Shown: piece by piece, positions 1 to 9,845 of the stretch
Position numbering within the stretch: the first letter of the stretch is position 1
Layout of the letters: each line of letters opens with the position of its first letter
Assembly (NCBI GenBank): GCA_050949045.1
Contig: JBMNEZ010000001.1
Coordinates: forward strand, 960,001 to 1,024,000
Origin: Candidatus Izemoplasmatales bacterium
GTDB taxonomy: Bacteria > Bacillota_I > Bacilli_A > Izemoplasmatales > Hujiaoplasmataceae
Reading direction: 5' to 3'
Length of the DNA: 64,000 nt
The notes under the pieces: generated by a model
Seen by the model: the letters and a program-made list of their open reading frames with translations, nothing else
Told to the model about the DNA's origin: nothing
Databases searched by the model: none
Translations under genes and position numbers: made by a program

Positions 1-566
1 GATTGGCGACAGGCGAAAAACTGCTTGCATCTTTGTTCTCGGCGGTCACGGCCAGAACTACCGGTTTCTTCACTGTTCAAATCCCCTCGATGAGTGAGGC
101 TGGTTCGATCCTGACCATGATTCTGATGTTAATAGGCGCGGGACCGGGATCGACAGCTGGAGGGATCAAGATCACAACGATAGCGGTCATCTTTCTGTCA
201 ACGATCGGCTATATCAAAGGTTCGGATGACATCAATATTTTTGGCAGGAGAATCGATCAAGCCAACGTCAGGCATGCTTTCAATATGGCGTTTTTGTATA
301 TCTTGATCGCAACCATCGGCGGCTTTATCATCATCATTATTCAAAATGCCAATTTGCATGATGTGATGTTCGAAGTCTTTTCGGCAATCGGCACAACCGG
401 GCTGTCGAGAGGGCTGACCAACAGTTTGTTGCCACCATCAAAAATCGTCATCATCCTGCTCATGTATTCGGGCCGCGTCGGCAGTATGTCGATCGCGATG
501 GCCTTCATCGAAAAGAAACACGCGGATTCCTTGAGGAATCCTCAAGAAAAAGTCATCATCGGATAA
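1..566 (+). CDS. ktrB: Trk/Ktr K+ uptake membrane subunit (KtrB/TrkH), 5'-truncated by window edge
   Basis: Pore-loop motifs TARTTGF, GPGSTAGGIK, FSAIGTTGLS, MYSGRVG; adjacent to an RCK subunit gene. Confidence 0.9.
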   Translation, partial: LATGEKLLASLFSAVTARTTGFFTVQIPSMSEAGSILTMILMLIGAGPGSTAGGIKITTIAVIFLSTIGYIKGSDDINIFGRRIDQANVRHAFNMAFLYILIATIGGFIIIIIQNANLHDVMFEVFSAIGTTGLSRGLTNSLLPPSKIVIILLMYSGRVGSMSIAMAFIEKKHADSLRNPQEKVIIG

Positions 567-577
567 AGGAGAATTGT

Positions 578-1225
578 ATGCAATCAGTACTAGTGATCGG
601 GCTAGGCCGCTTCGGCAAACATCTCGCCCTAAAACTCGCAGAACTCGGAAACGAGGTCATGGCCATTGACAAGGATGAAGCGACCGTCAACCAAGTCGCT
701 CCCTATGTGACCTCCGCCCAAATCGGCGACTGCATGGATGAACATGTCATCAATTCGATCGGCGTCAGCAATTTTGATGTCTGTTTTGTCTGCATCAGCG
801 ATAACTTCCAGTCGTCTCTCGAGATAACCTGGCTGTTGAAACAAGCGGGCGCGAAGGAAATCATCTCGAAAACCGACCGGGAGATGCACGCAAAGTTCTT
901 ATTACAGATCGGTGCCACTTCCGTGATCCATCCGGAACGCGATATGGCCTGGCGGACCGCCGTCAAGTATTCATCCAGCCATATTTTTGACTATATCGAG
1001 CTGGCGCCCGGATACTCGATCACCGAGATCGAAGTTCCCTCGGCCTGGATCGGTCAATCGATTAGCGATTTAAAAGTCAGAGAGAAACACAAAGTCAATA
1101 TCATCGCCACCAAGGTTGATGGGCAACTTTATCCCACAATCAGTGCCGATCATGTGTTTGAAAAAGGGGAACATCTGTATGTTTCCGGAAACGAAAAGGA
1201 CATCCTCAAACTAGTTGAGAAATAA
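578..1225 (+). CDS. ktrA: Trk/Ktr K+ uptake NAD-binding (RCK) subunit
   Basis: N-terminal GLGRFG Rossmann motif, C-terminal RCK_C-like region; RBS AAGGAG upstream. Confidence 0.92.
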   Translation: MQSVLVIGLGRFGKHLALKLAELGNEVMAIDKDEATVNQVAPYVTSAQIGDCMDEHVINSIGVSNFDVCFVCISDNFQSSLEITWLLKQAGAKEIISKTDREMHAKFLLQIGATSVIHPERDMAWRTAVKYSSSHIFDYIELAPGYSITEIEVPSAWIGQSISDLKVREKHKVNIIATKVDGQLYPTISADHVFEKGEHLYVSGNEKDILKLVEK

Positions 1226-1242
1226 AAAATCGGATCCATTCT

Positions 1243-1270
1243 GACGCCGACGGAAGCGCCGGCGTTTTTT
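1243..1270 (+). terminator. Intrinsic terminator after ktrA
   Basis: GACGCCGACG-GAAG-CGCCGGCGTT hairpin followed by T-tract; a second palindrome AGGCCGGCGAT-C-ATCGCCGGCCT at 1279-1301. Confidence 0.75.
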
Positions 1271-1452
1271 AATTAATAAGGCCGGCGATCATCGCCGGCC
1301 TCAACTGTCAAATCAAGTATTCACGATATAAATTACTCTTCAATTTAAAAATGATTAACATAAGTCCGTATGCAGGTAAAATACCTATAGTATCAAGCGA
1401 AAAACTTTTCGCGAATAATTAGGCAGTCGCCTTTTTCTAGTCCGCCGGTTTA

Positions 1453-2574
1453 TTAATCATCATCGTCGAGCCAGGCGTCGTTTCTGATAATCAGGTATTC
1501 AGCTTCCAAAAAGACTTTCTCCTTGTTTTTAAATTGATGAGCGGGATGGAAGTCAGTGGTCATGATTTGCGCCCCGCATTCTCTGGCAAGAGCCCTGACT
1601 TCTTCGTTGGGGATTAGACTGCTGTCCATTCTCGTCCTCACGATCATGTTGGCCTCAAGAAGAGGTAGAATTCTCTCCGGATCAGGGTTGTTGTGGACGC
1701 TGAAGGCGGCATGAGGATGATCGATATCCTGGTTGGACACCGCGGGAAACATCGCCATATCGTCAAATTCCGGATCAAGCTCCAGATAATCGCTTGTGAA
1801 TTTTCCGGGATGAAGAACCACAATGACCTTACCCAACAGAGCGTTCACAAGCGGCCAAGACTCCGCCACAAGCCTCTCTCTGATTGAACTGTACGCCCCC
1901 ATCAGTTCTTTGGGGGTATAGAGCGAATCGGAGAAAGAAGCAACAATCAGTTCATCAAGCAGAGTCAATTCGGCGCTTCCGATATCCTCAAGCAAAGGAT
2001 CGAGCATCATCCAGTCGCTCTTGAGTTCGAGCAACAAAATGATCGGTATATGATTCGGGTTGTTCTTCGACCAAAGAGCGATTTCCTCAAATGCAAGCGC
2101 CAACTTCGCCGCAGTGGTGGAGTTGTCGACGAGCGGAACATGGGTGCATTCAAACTCATCTTTCCGGTATCTTACGTCAAGTTCAAAACTGCGGATGCCG
2201 ACATTAAGCTGGGTCGTGAGATCAGGATTCCCGTATTCGAGTGCCCTTGCCTCCGCAAACGAATCTCCCAAGCCGACGAACAACTTCCCAATGGCGGTCC
2301 CTTTCTTTTTGTAGGAGTTGTGAGAGGCGAGGATGCGGATCTCGTTGAGACGAAGATCATTGTCTTCTAGATCAAAACCGACGAATTTCTGTTCGTCTAT
2401 CGGGACAAAGTCCTCACTGTAAAGATCACGCAAATCCTTGAGATGTTGCTTTTGAAGAGAGATATCGCGCCATCTGACGATATTGAAAACGAGGATCAAA
2501 GTGAAAAACAGGCCTACGACCGCAAACAAGACCAAAAGCAGGATCTTGCCGATTTTTTTTAATGTTCTTATCAT
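1453..2574 (-). CDS. PI-PLC-like phosphodiesterase (Ca2+-dependent PI-PLC type), N-terminal membrane anchor
   Basis: LRLNE..ASHNSY, GIRSFELDV, HIPIILLLELK, GAQIMTTDF motifs. Confidence 0.8.
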   Translation of the reverse strand: MIRTLKKIGKILLLVLFAVVGLFFTLILVFNIVRWRDISLQKQHLKDLRDLYSEDFVPIDEQKFVGFDLEDNDLRLNEIRILASHNSYKKKGTAIGKLFVGLGDSFAEARALEYGNPDLTTQLNVGIRSFELDVRYRKDEFECTHVPLVDNSTTAAKLALAFEEIALWSKNNPNHIPIILLLELKSDWMMLDPLLEDIGSAELTLLDELIVASFSDSLYTPKELMGAYSSIRERLVAESWPLVNALLGKVIVVLHPGKFTSDYLELDPEFDDMAMFPAVSNQDIDHPHAAFSVHNNPDPERILPLLEANMIVRTRMDSSLIPNEEVRALARECGAQIMTTDFHPAHQFKNKEKVFLEAEYLIIRNDAWLDDDD

Positions 2575-2714
2575 TTGATTCGCTCCTTATTGATGAAGAT
2601 TCTGACAGCGATTCTTCAAAACCATTTCAACGGCGATGGACAAAGAATAGGTTTGTCCTTCTTTTTTGTTATTATAACATATTATGAAATAGTGATGAAT
2701 TGACTATAAGAAAT

Positions 2715-2745
2715 AAAAACAAAACCCGCGAAAATTTGCGGGTTA
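2715..2745 (-). terminator. Intrinsic terminator after rplY
   Basis: AACCCGC..GCGGGTT stem with minus-strand T-tract. Confidence 0.65.
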
Positions 2746-2804
2746 GTTATGGATGAATTGAAGTTAAAGAAAAACTGTTTTCTATTTTCTCAATCGGCTG
2801 ATGG

Positions 2805-3398
2805 TTATTCCGATGCCGGTGCTTCTGATTCTTCCTCTTCTTCTTCGGTCTCAGTTTCCTCTTCGACCACATGTTTGACCTCAAGAACATTGATGACGAG
2901 CCGGTTTTCATCTTCGATCGCCTTGATCCCCGCGGGAAGTACCAAGTCGCGGACATGGATGGCTTGACCGATCTCCATTGAGGACACATCGATGTCGATG
3001 GCATCGATGCCGGAATCAACGCTGTATTCAACCTCGATCTCATCGAGTGTTATCTGAACGATGCCGTTCAACTTCTCGATGGCCTCGCGGCCGTGGACGC
3101 GGATCGGAACTCGGTTTTTAATCAAATTGCCATGCTCGACCTTAAGCAGGTCGAAACTGAGGATCGCCTTGGGATTCAAGACGTCCGCTTGGACATCCTT
3201 GATGAATACCTGGTGCGTATCCTTGTCTAGTTTGACTTTGAAGGCCTTGGTCTTGCCATAGGTTTTGTAGAGATCGCGGAAATCCCTCTCATCGATCTGG
3301 ATCGAAACCGGGCTAATTGATTTGCCATAGATGACACCTGGCAATTTTTTCATTTTTCTGACCGTTTGCAAATTAGCGGTTCTTTTTTCTATCTTCAT
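2805..3398 (-). CDS. rplY: 50S ribosomal protein L25 / general stress protein Ctc
   Basis: LPGVIYG, VFIKDVQ, ILSFDL, IDVSSMEIGQAIHVRDL, acidic tail; start placed at ATG 3398 after AGGAG. Confidence 0.85.
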   Translation of the reverse strand: MKIEKRTANLQTVRKMKKLPGVIYGKSISPVSIQIDERDFRDLYKTYGKTKAFKVKLDKDTHQVFIKDVQADVLNPKAILSFDLLKVEHGNLIKNRVPIRVHGREAIEKLNGIVQITLDEIEVEYSVDSGIDAIDIDVSSMEIGQAIHVRDLVLPAGIKAIEDENRLVINVLEVKHVVEEETETEEEEEESEAPASE

Positions 3399-3531
3399 GG
3401 TGATGCTCCTTTCGTCGAAACACATTCAGTATTATATCACAGACAACCGAAAAAACACAATCAAAGCTTTATCAGAATTGCTTGTTTTGTTCTTTGAAAA
3501 CCCCAAAATCGATTATTATTAGAATTCTATC

Positions 3532-4680
3532 TCAATACTTGTCTTGGAGAATACGAAGGAAAGCCGCGTTATAGTGTTCCAGTCTGATGATATAGTGATG
3601 TTCGCAATATTTGAACCCGAGATCTCGCCTAAGTGTCACGGTCGGGTTTTCGATCTCTTGAATAGGAATCATCTCGCTTCGGGCACCGGAAAGCCGAAAC
3701 TCGCCGTCACAATACAAAAGTTCGATCTCTCCGACTTTGGTTTGGGATTCGTCCTCCATCCGCAAGAACGACAAAACCCCCTTGCTTTTGATCGTGCTTT
3801 GGCGCAATTTGTCTTGAAACTTTCGCTGGAAGTTGTCCCAGTCGATGAGATTGTCAAAGACAAAGCCCTTGATGAAACCGTATTTGTCGATATGGCCTTC
3901 GTGCTTGCAGGCGGTGCAGCGGATCGTGTTTCTATAGGTCTCGATCGTGTTGACGCTTTCGCAATGCGGACAGATATAGACGATATTCTCCAACCCCTCC
4001 GCAAGCCTTTTGCCCGGATGCGGAACCATCACCTGTCTTTGATACTCGTAATCATTGTGATAGAGCGCCTTCTTGACGATCGCTCCGATTTCCTCGGGCG
4101 TGAGCCTCTCGAGATCGGCTTTGCTGATCTCGAGTTTGTAGTCGAGTTCGATTTTGCGGTTACGGCGTTTGCCGGTTGCCCATCTCGGTTTAGAATGATA
4201 GCCACCTTTGACGACACAAGTAATGACATCGAGACCGAGTTTTTTGATCAGTTTCATCGTTGCTTCCTCGATGTATCCGGTTTCGCCATAAAATGTCATA
4301 TCTCCCTCGGGGAAAATCAGGATCGGATAGCCCTTTTTAACCGCATTGAAGACACTCCTGATGGTCTGGACGTCGCTTTTTCCTTTTGATTTGGGGATGA
4401 CATGCGCAATTTGCGTCACAAAAAACTTGGTAGGCTGCCTCGTGAATAAATTCTGGGAGGCAATGATGAAGGGGACGTTTCGGAAGGGTAGGACCACATG
4501 GACGACATCAAACATAAAGGTGTGATTACCAAGCAAGACAAATGGTTCCTTCCGCTTGACATCGACCGAAGGATCGATGTTCATCTTGTGTTTGGCATCG
4601 ATCCGCATCCAAATATGGATAAGCGGTCTTAATGCCTGAAGCCAAAAGTCTTGTTGGCGGTCAAGTCGCGTTTTCTCCAT
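3532..4680 (-). CDS. PlsC-like lysophospholipid acyltransferase with CxxC zinc-ribbon region
   Basis: NHxxxxD (NHTFMFD) and FPEG motifs; CPHC...CTAC. Confidence 0.85.
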   Translation of the reverse strand: MEKTRLDRQQDFWLQALRPLIHIWMRIDAKHKMNIDPSVDVKRKEPFVLLGNHTFMFDVVHVVLPFRNVPFIIASQNLFTRQPTKFFVTQIAHVIPKSKGKSDVQTIRSVFNAVKKGYPILIFPEGDMTFYGETGYIEEATMKLIKKLGLDVITCVVKGGYHSKPRWATGKRRNRKIELDYKLEISKADLERLTPEEIGAIVKKALYHNDYEYQRQVMVPHPGKRLAEGLENIVYICPHCESVNTIETYRNTIRCTACKHEGHIDKYGFIKGFVFDNLIDWDNFQRKFQDKLRQSTIKSKGVLSFLRMEDESQTKVGEIELLYCDGEFRLSGARSEMIPIQEIENPTVTLRRDLGFKYCEHHYIIRLEHYNAAFLRILQDKY

Positions 4681-4764
4681 TGAAGTTGTCCTTTCTGCTT
4701 ATGTCTATAATAGCATTATACACCAATTGCTTGAAACTGTAGCCGTTGATCAGTATTGAATATA

Positions 4765-6447
4765 TCACCAGCCCCCGAGGGGTATCTCGAAACGTTCAAC
4801 GCTGTCTCCAAGGAACGGATCGATGATCGTTACGGTTTGTTGCTGGGAATTGGTGTAATATAAATCCATCTTTCCGGTATCAAAGTCAACTGTCGTCGCT
4901 AGGCCGATGATCTTCTGCCCAAACAGGTTTTCCTTGACGGCAGGCGTTTGCACGTCGCTTCTTCTTGAAACGAGGAAAGTCGGGAAGTTCGCATTCGTCA
5001 TATAGCCGACTCTTATATTTGATGCGCTGTAGTTATCATGGTAGTATAAGGTGGTTTGTTTTGGCGTGTCTTCCAAAAACTGAAGCAACTGGTGCCGATG
5101 ACCGGAAACCATTAAATCAAGATTCATCCCGTTTAAAGAAGCGGTCCATTCGTTTTTGATCTCATCCAAATACAGATTGTTCTCGTCATAATTGCTGTCG
5201 TGATTGTAGACATTGACAATCGGCATATGACAGATTCCCAGACGGAATTTGACAGCGGGATCGAGAAAAGCGCCGCTCGCCAGAACCGCCTCTAAAAAAA
5301 AGGTCTGCTCATTGCGGTAATCGGTGAAATTGGCGGTTTCATAGTATTCCCACCAATCATCGGGGTGGTCTTCGCCAAGATCAAGGACGATTCCGAAAAC
5401 GCCGCCAAGATTGAAAGTATAGTAGAATTTCTGGTTTTTCGATCCGACATATTTGTACAGTTCATTGGCTTTCAAGCCTTTGACCTCATGATTGCCTCTG
5501 GCATAGACAACCGGGCGCTCTCCTTTGGTGATATTGTAGGCGATCTTGTGGATGATGGAGATATCGGAAATTGTGTCGAGAAATGAAGAAATGTCGCCGG
5601 CGAGCACCAGAAAGTCGAGGTCGTCGCCATAATAACTCCCCGTCTTTGACCCGGCGACAACGTACTCATGGGTATCGGAGAGCGTGTAGAACTGGAGCCC
5701 GTCCTCAAGATTCACAGGCCGGAAGGCAAACGTTTTTTTGATTGTTCTTCCCGCTAATCCGGAATATGGCCCTCTGTAGATCATGTTAGTCGAGATGATT
5801 TCATATTCTTTAGCGGCATCGAGAACCGCCATCGGCACGCTGACTTTGTGCACCACCGTTTCCGAGTCAAGGCTACCAGCATAAGTATCCTTATAGTATG
5901 TCTCACCAACCCTCACTTGGCCGGTCGCCTTGATTGAAGTCACCCAGACAATCTGATACTCGTCTTCAACAGCAAAGACGGTGGGCATATTCCTGATCAT
6001 CACGAAATTGGCAAGAAAACTCCCGCCAAGTAGGAAAACCATCAACACCAAAAGAAAGGTGATCCTGAAAAATCTTGTTTTCCAGATCTTCGTTTTCGGA
6101 AACTCTAACAACAAATAAAGAACGAACAAAACAACTCCAAAAATCAAGACATTAATGGCAAAACTCCTGAGAATGTATCTGAGCGAGCCGATCCCGAGAT
6201 AAAACATATAAAAAAGCGCAACGGTGAAAGCGAGCGATATTCCCCCAAACACCCAAACCGTCTTGCCGATATACTTTTTTGCGAGCATGACCACCAATAT
6301 GAGAAAGATTAAAACGATCAGGCCCAAAAAAAGATATTGGAGCCACCAAAGACCAAACATGCCTTGAATGCCGGACCAGATCGACTCCATCGCTAAATAA
6401 AAAAGCAGATTGAAAAGGGCAACACCGAAAAAGATCTTTGTTTTCAT
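4765..6447 (-). CDS. Membrane-anchored calcineurin-like metallophosphoesterase
   Basis: About four N-terminal TM segments, then SDTH, AGD, RGNHE, CH, SGHRH motifs. Confidence 0.85.
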   Translation of the reverse strand: MKTKIFFGVALFNLLFYLAMESIWSGIQGMFGLWWLQYLFLGLIVLIFLILVVMLAKKYIGKTVWVFGGISLAFTVALFYMFYLGIGSLRYILRSFAINVLIFGVVLFVLYLLLEFPKTKIWKTRFFRITFLLVLMVFLLGGSFLANFVMIRNMPTVFAVEDEYQIVWVTSIKATGQVRVGETYYKDTYAGSLDSETVVHKVSVPMAVLDAAKEYEIISTNMIYRGPYSGLAGRTIKKTFAFRPVNLEDGLQFYTLSDTHEYVVAGSKTGSYYGDDLDFLVLAGDISSFLDTISDISIIHKIAYNITKGERPVVYARGNHEVKGLKANELYKYVGSKNQKFYYTFNLGGVFGIVLDLGEDHPDDWWEYYETANFTDYRNEQTFFLEAVLASGAFLDPAVKFRLGICHMPIVNVYNHDSNYDENNLYLDEIKNEWTASLNGMNLDLMVSGHRHQLLQFLEDTPKQTTLYYHDNYSASNIRVGYMTNANFPTFLVSRRSDVQTPAVKENLFGQKIIGLATTVDFDTGKMDLYYTNSQQQTVTIIDPFLGDSVERFEIPLGGW

Positions 6448-6766
6448 TGATAGACCACCTTCTTTAGAATCAAATCTAATTCATTAATTATTTCTTTCAA
6501 TATTATTATATCATTTCAATAAAATAGTAGATACAAATCGAAAAAACGTTTTCCCATTCATCAAGATTTATATCAGTTTCAAAGAGAAAATAGCATGTCA
6601 AGACTTTATTTGCAAAGAAATCTCAAATAAAATGATTCTCAAACCACCCGCCATTGAAAGTGTCGCGGTTTCAGCTGATTCTTGACATCGATCCATACTT
6701 GAAGAATTGGTGCTGTTATGATATATTAATTGTGCTTATAACATTATGTTCAGAAGGATGGAGTCA

Positions 6767-8137
6767 ATGTTAAAAGCTGTCTTCGTGGTTGGCAATACCT
6801 ACCACTTCATTTTTTTGTTAAGCATCCTAGTAATCGTCGGCTTGTTTGCCAGACGATTTTTTGAGCGCAAGCGAATCCCGAACCTGATCGCCTACATCCT
6901 GCTCGGCCTTGGCTTTGGCGGTATTACGGCGTTTGTTGGCAACGATGAAATTATCGAGGCATTCGATGTCATCACTGCGATCGGCATGGGCTTCATCGCC
7001 TTTTCAATCGGTCTTGAACTGAATTTCAAACGGATAGCCAACCGCAAACGTGAAGTGATTCTGCTCACATTGATTCAGGCGGTTTTATCGTTTTTATTCA
7101 CCTTTATAGCTTTGTATATATTTGTTCTGCCCCTTCACATCGCCCTTCTGTTCGGAGCTTTGGCCATCGTCACCGAGCCGGGGCCGATCCTTGTCATTAC
7201 CAAAAAACTGCGTTCCGAGGGCCAGATCACTGATACCCTTGCGCCGTTACACGGCTTGGAGGATGCAATCACGATCATCATTTTCGGCATTGCCCTCGCT
7301 TATTCGCTGTCCGTTCAAAACCAGACTCCTTTCGCATTTGTCGATATTCTCAAGGGACCGCTGCTGGAAATCATCCTTTCTCTATTAATCGGAGGTTTGT
7401 TTGGTTTCATCCTCGTAGTGATCATCCGCTTTTTGAAATACGAAGATCAGGAGAAGGATATTGTCATTCTGGTCTCCTCTCTCGTGACGGTTCTGGCAGC
7501 GGTCGCGATCGCCAACAGCGGCATCCAAATCGGCGATTTCACGATCCATCTTTCCCCGATCCTTTTGCCGATGGCCTCTGGCATTGTCTTTGCGAATCTG
7601 TCCACGGCTCTGGCGAAACACGAAACAGAACAGATCATGGATCTCTTTTCGGCACCGGTCTTGATCATCTTTTTTACTGTCATGGGTGCGGAGATCGTTT
7701 TGTTAATCGCCAACTCGTTCGAATCGATTCACTTCGGAACGATCATGCTCATCGCACTCATCTATATCGTTACAAGAATCCTAGGAAAACTCAGTGGCTC
7801 ATGGCTGGGGTCAAAACTCGCAAAATCATCCCCTGATGTCCGCAAGTATCTGGGATTCTGCCTTCTTCCTCAGGCTCAAGCTGCCATCGGCCTCGCTTTT
7901 TTTGCCCGCAACGCCCTTGGCCGGGAGCCTTATGGAACAATCATCCTGGTTGTAATCGTCATCGCGACGATTGTCAACGGGATTCTTGGCCCGCTCGGAA
8001 TTCGCTATGCGCTCACCAAGGGCGGGGAAGCAAAAGTCCTTGAACACAACACCTATGGATCTGGATCCGATGAGCCCTCCCAAGTCATCGCTTCTCTAAC
8101 CAAATCCAAAGATAACACTTTGAAAGACCAATCGTAA
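6767..8137 (+). CDS. Cation:proton antiporter (CPA2-like), divergent
   Basis: Polytopic; FSIGLE, RILGKLSG, LGFCLLPQAQAAIG; start at ATG 6767 after GGAG; TTGAAG-17-TATATT upstream. Confidence 0.85.
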   Translation: MLKAVFVVGNTYHFIFLLSILVIVGLFARRFFERKRIPNLIAYILLGLGFGGITAFVGNDEIIEAFDVITAIGMGFIAFSIGLELNFKRIANRKREVILLTLIQAVLSFLFTFIALYIFVLPLHIALLFGALAIVTEPGPILVITKKLRSEGQITDTLAPLHGLEDAITIIIFGIALAYSLSVQNQTPFAFVDILKGPLLEIILSLLIGGLFGFILVVIIRFLKYEDQEKDIVILVSSLVTVLAAVAIANSGIQIGDFTIHLSPILLPMASGIVFANLSTALAKHETEQIMDLFSAPVLIIFFTVMGAEIVLLIANSFESIHFGTIMLIALIYIVTRILGKLSGSWLGSKLAKSSPDVRKYLGFCLLPQAQAAIGLAFFARNALGREPYGTIILVVIVIATIVNGILGPLGIRYALTKGGEAKVLEHNTYGSGSDEPSQVIASLTKSKDNTLKDQS

Positions 8138-8174
8138 TATCAGGAATATTTGCTGCCGTTGGAGGATCGAAACC

Positions 8175-9593
8175 ATGAAAGGCATCGTCAAAATTCTGTT
8201 GGGAATTCTCATTGCTTTGGTTTCTTTGCTGGTCGTTTTTGTCGGAATACCGCTTTTTCTGCTCAATATGAAGACAACAGCTCCGATAGAACAATATGTT
8301 GAAGCCTCAGAGACCTCGTTTTACACATCATTCAGTCAGGAACTCGAAACATTGATCACCGACTCCGAGAAAGATGAGGTCTTTTTTCGTATTGATGAGG
8401 CTTTCATCAACCGGATGATCCAGAAAACTCTTTCAGAAGGCAACCCCCAGTACTTGAATCCCGAAAATGAAAACCAGATTGCCCATGATTACATGATGGT
8501 TTATCAAGATATCGTTGGACTGAAAGGTGTCTGGACCGAATTATCGGATGATCAAATCATCGTGAGAGCCGGCGCGGATCTGGTTCTTGGAAAAACCCCT
8601 ATTTACCAGACCGGCCTTGAAATCGTCTTCAATATTGTTCTTTCAGAAAACGATGAATATTATCTTCAAATCGTCAACATCAAGATCGGCCGTTTGAAGC
8701 CCTCGCTCCGCCGAGCTTTCAATCTCGCCGATACCATTATCACCAAACTGACCAAGAAAAGCCTCAACGACATGATCGCTGAGTATCTGGCTTTTGGTAT
8801 GTTCGATACCGATGAATTGAGTTTCACGGTCAGCGAAACCGAATTGACTGATTTTCTTTACGATATTGAGCCGAGTTTCGCTGCGCTTCTCAAGATTATT
8901 TACAAGGAATCGCTGTTGATACTCGATGTCACCGATATGGGCTTTGACATCTCAATTGGGATCGGTGCCCTCCGCAGACTCATAACCGATCCCGATGAAC
9001 CACTGTTCACCAAATGGGAAGACGAATTCGATAAAGCGGAATTCATGGCTGCCATGGCCGCTCAAGCCGTCCTAAACTCGGTTTTCCGTCCTTTTGATCC
9101 GCAGATTGATCTGACTGAAGCCGATGTAAACGCAATCCTTGATTACACGCTTGGCGACGATGTTAAGTTCGAATTTCCAATCGAGTTCACTCTCGGTGAA
9201 GAAGACATCAAGTACAGTTTCAGTTCAACCAACATCTATGCCAGAATGCAGGATGACGTATTGACGGCGCATCTCAGAATGATGCTCACAAAAGAGGGAA
9301 TGGCGGGATCGTTTGACATGCAGTTTAACCTTGAAACCTCCGTCAGCATGAACACAAATGGCGATATGATTCTTTCGATCACCAACGCGAATATCGGCGA
9401 AGCGATTCTGGATGATGATTTATTGGAAACTCTCTTCGCCATCTTCGATGATGCTTTACTTGTGGATGGAGACATCGTGATTTCCAAAGATAAACTCAAC
9501 GAGATGTTTGAAGGCTCGGGCATCATCATCAACGACAGTTATGTGGTCGACGGAAAGCTTCGTCTGCACTTCGGCTTGGATAATATTGGGTAG
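8175..9593 (+). CDS. Hypothetical acidic protein with N-terminal membrane anchor and an apparent internal two-fold repeat
   Basis: 472-aa ORF with GGAGG RBS; FRIDEAFINRMI and IDLTEADVNAIL resemble each other. Confidence 0.75.
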   Translation: MKGIVKILLGILIALVSLLVVFVGIPLFLLNMKTTAPIEQYVEASETSFYTSFSQELETLITDSEKDEVFFRIDEAFINRMIQKTLSEGNPQYLNPENENQIAHDYMMVYQDIVGLKGVWTELSDDQIIVRAGADLVLGKTPIYQTGLEIVFNIVLSENDEYYLQIVNIKIGRLKPSLRRAFNLADTIITKLTKKSLNDMIAEYLAFGMFDTDELSFTVSETELTDFLYDIEPSFAALLKIIYKESLLILDVTDMGFDISIGIGALRRLITDPDEPLFTKWEDEFDKAEFMAAMAAQAVLNSVFRPFDPQIDLTEADVNAILDYTLGDDVKFEFPIEFTLGEEDIKYSFSSTNIYARMQDDVLTAHLRMMLTKEGMAGSFDMQFNLETSVSMNTNGDMILSITNANIGEAILDDDLLETLFAIFDDALLVDGDIVISKDKLNEMFEGSGIIINDSYVVDGKLRLHFGLDNIG

Positions 9594-9845
9594 ATAGTAT
9601 ATGAAAAAGCCGCTACATCAAGGGCTCTAGAGGTTTGTTTATCGTCTTCTGAAAAAACCGTTTTTTCTTCGCAAACCGTTTCAATAATGAAAACCCTTTT
9701 ATTTTTATTGCGGATTTTTCTGATTTGTGGTATATATATTTTATCAAGTATTGATCATTGTCCTTCATTCATGTCTCAGACAAACGAAAGCTGTTTATTA
9801 ATAAATTTATAGAAAATGATTCTTCAAGATGATGGAGGTTTTTTT

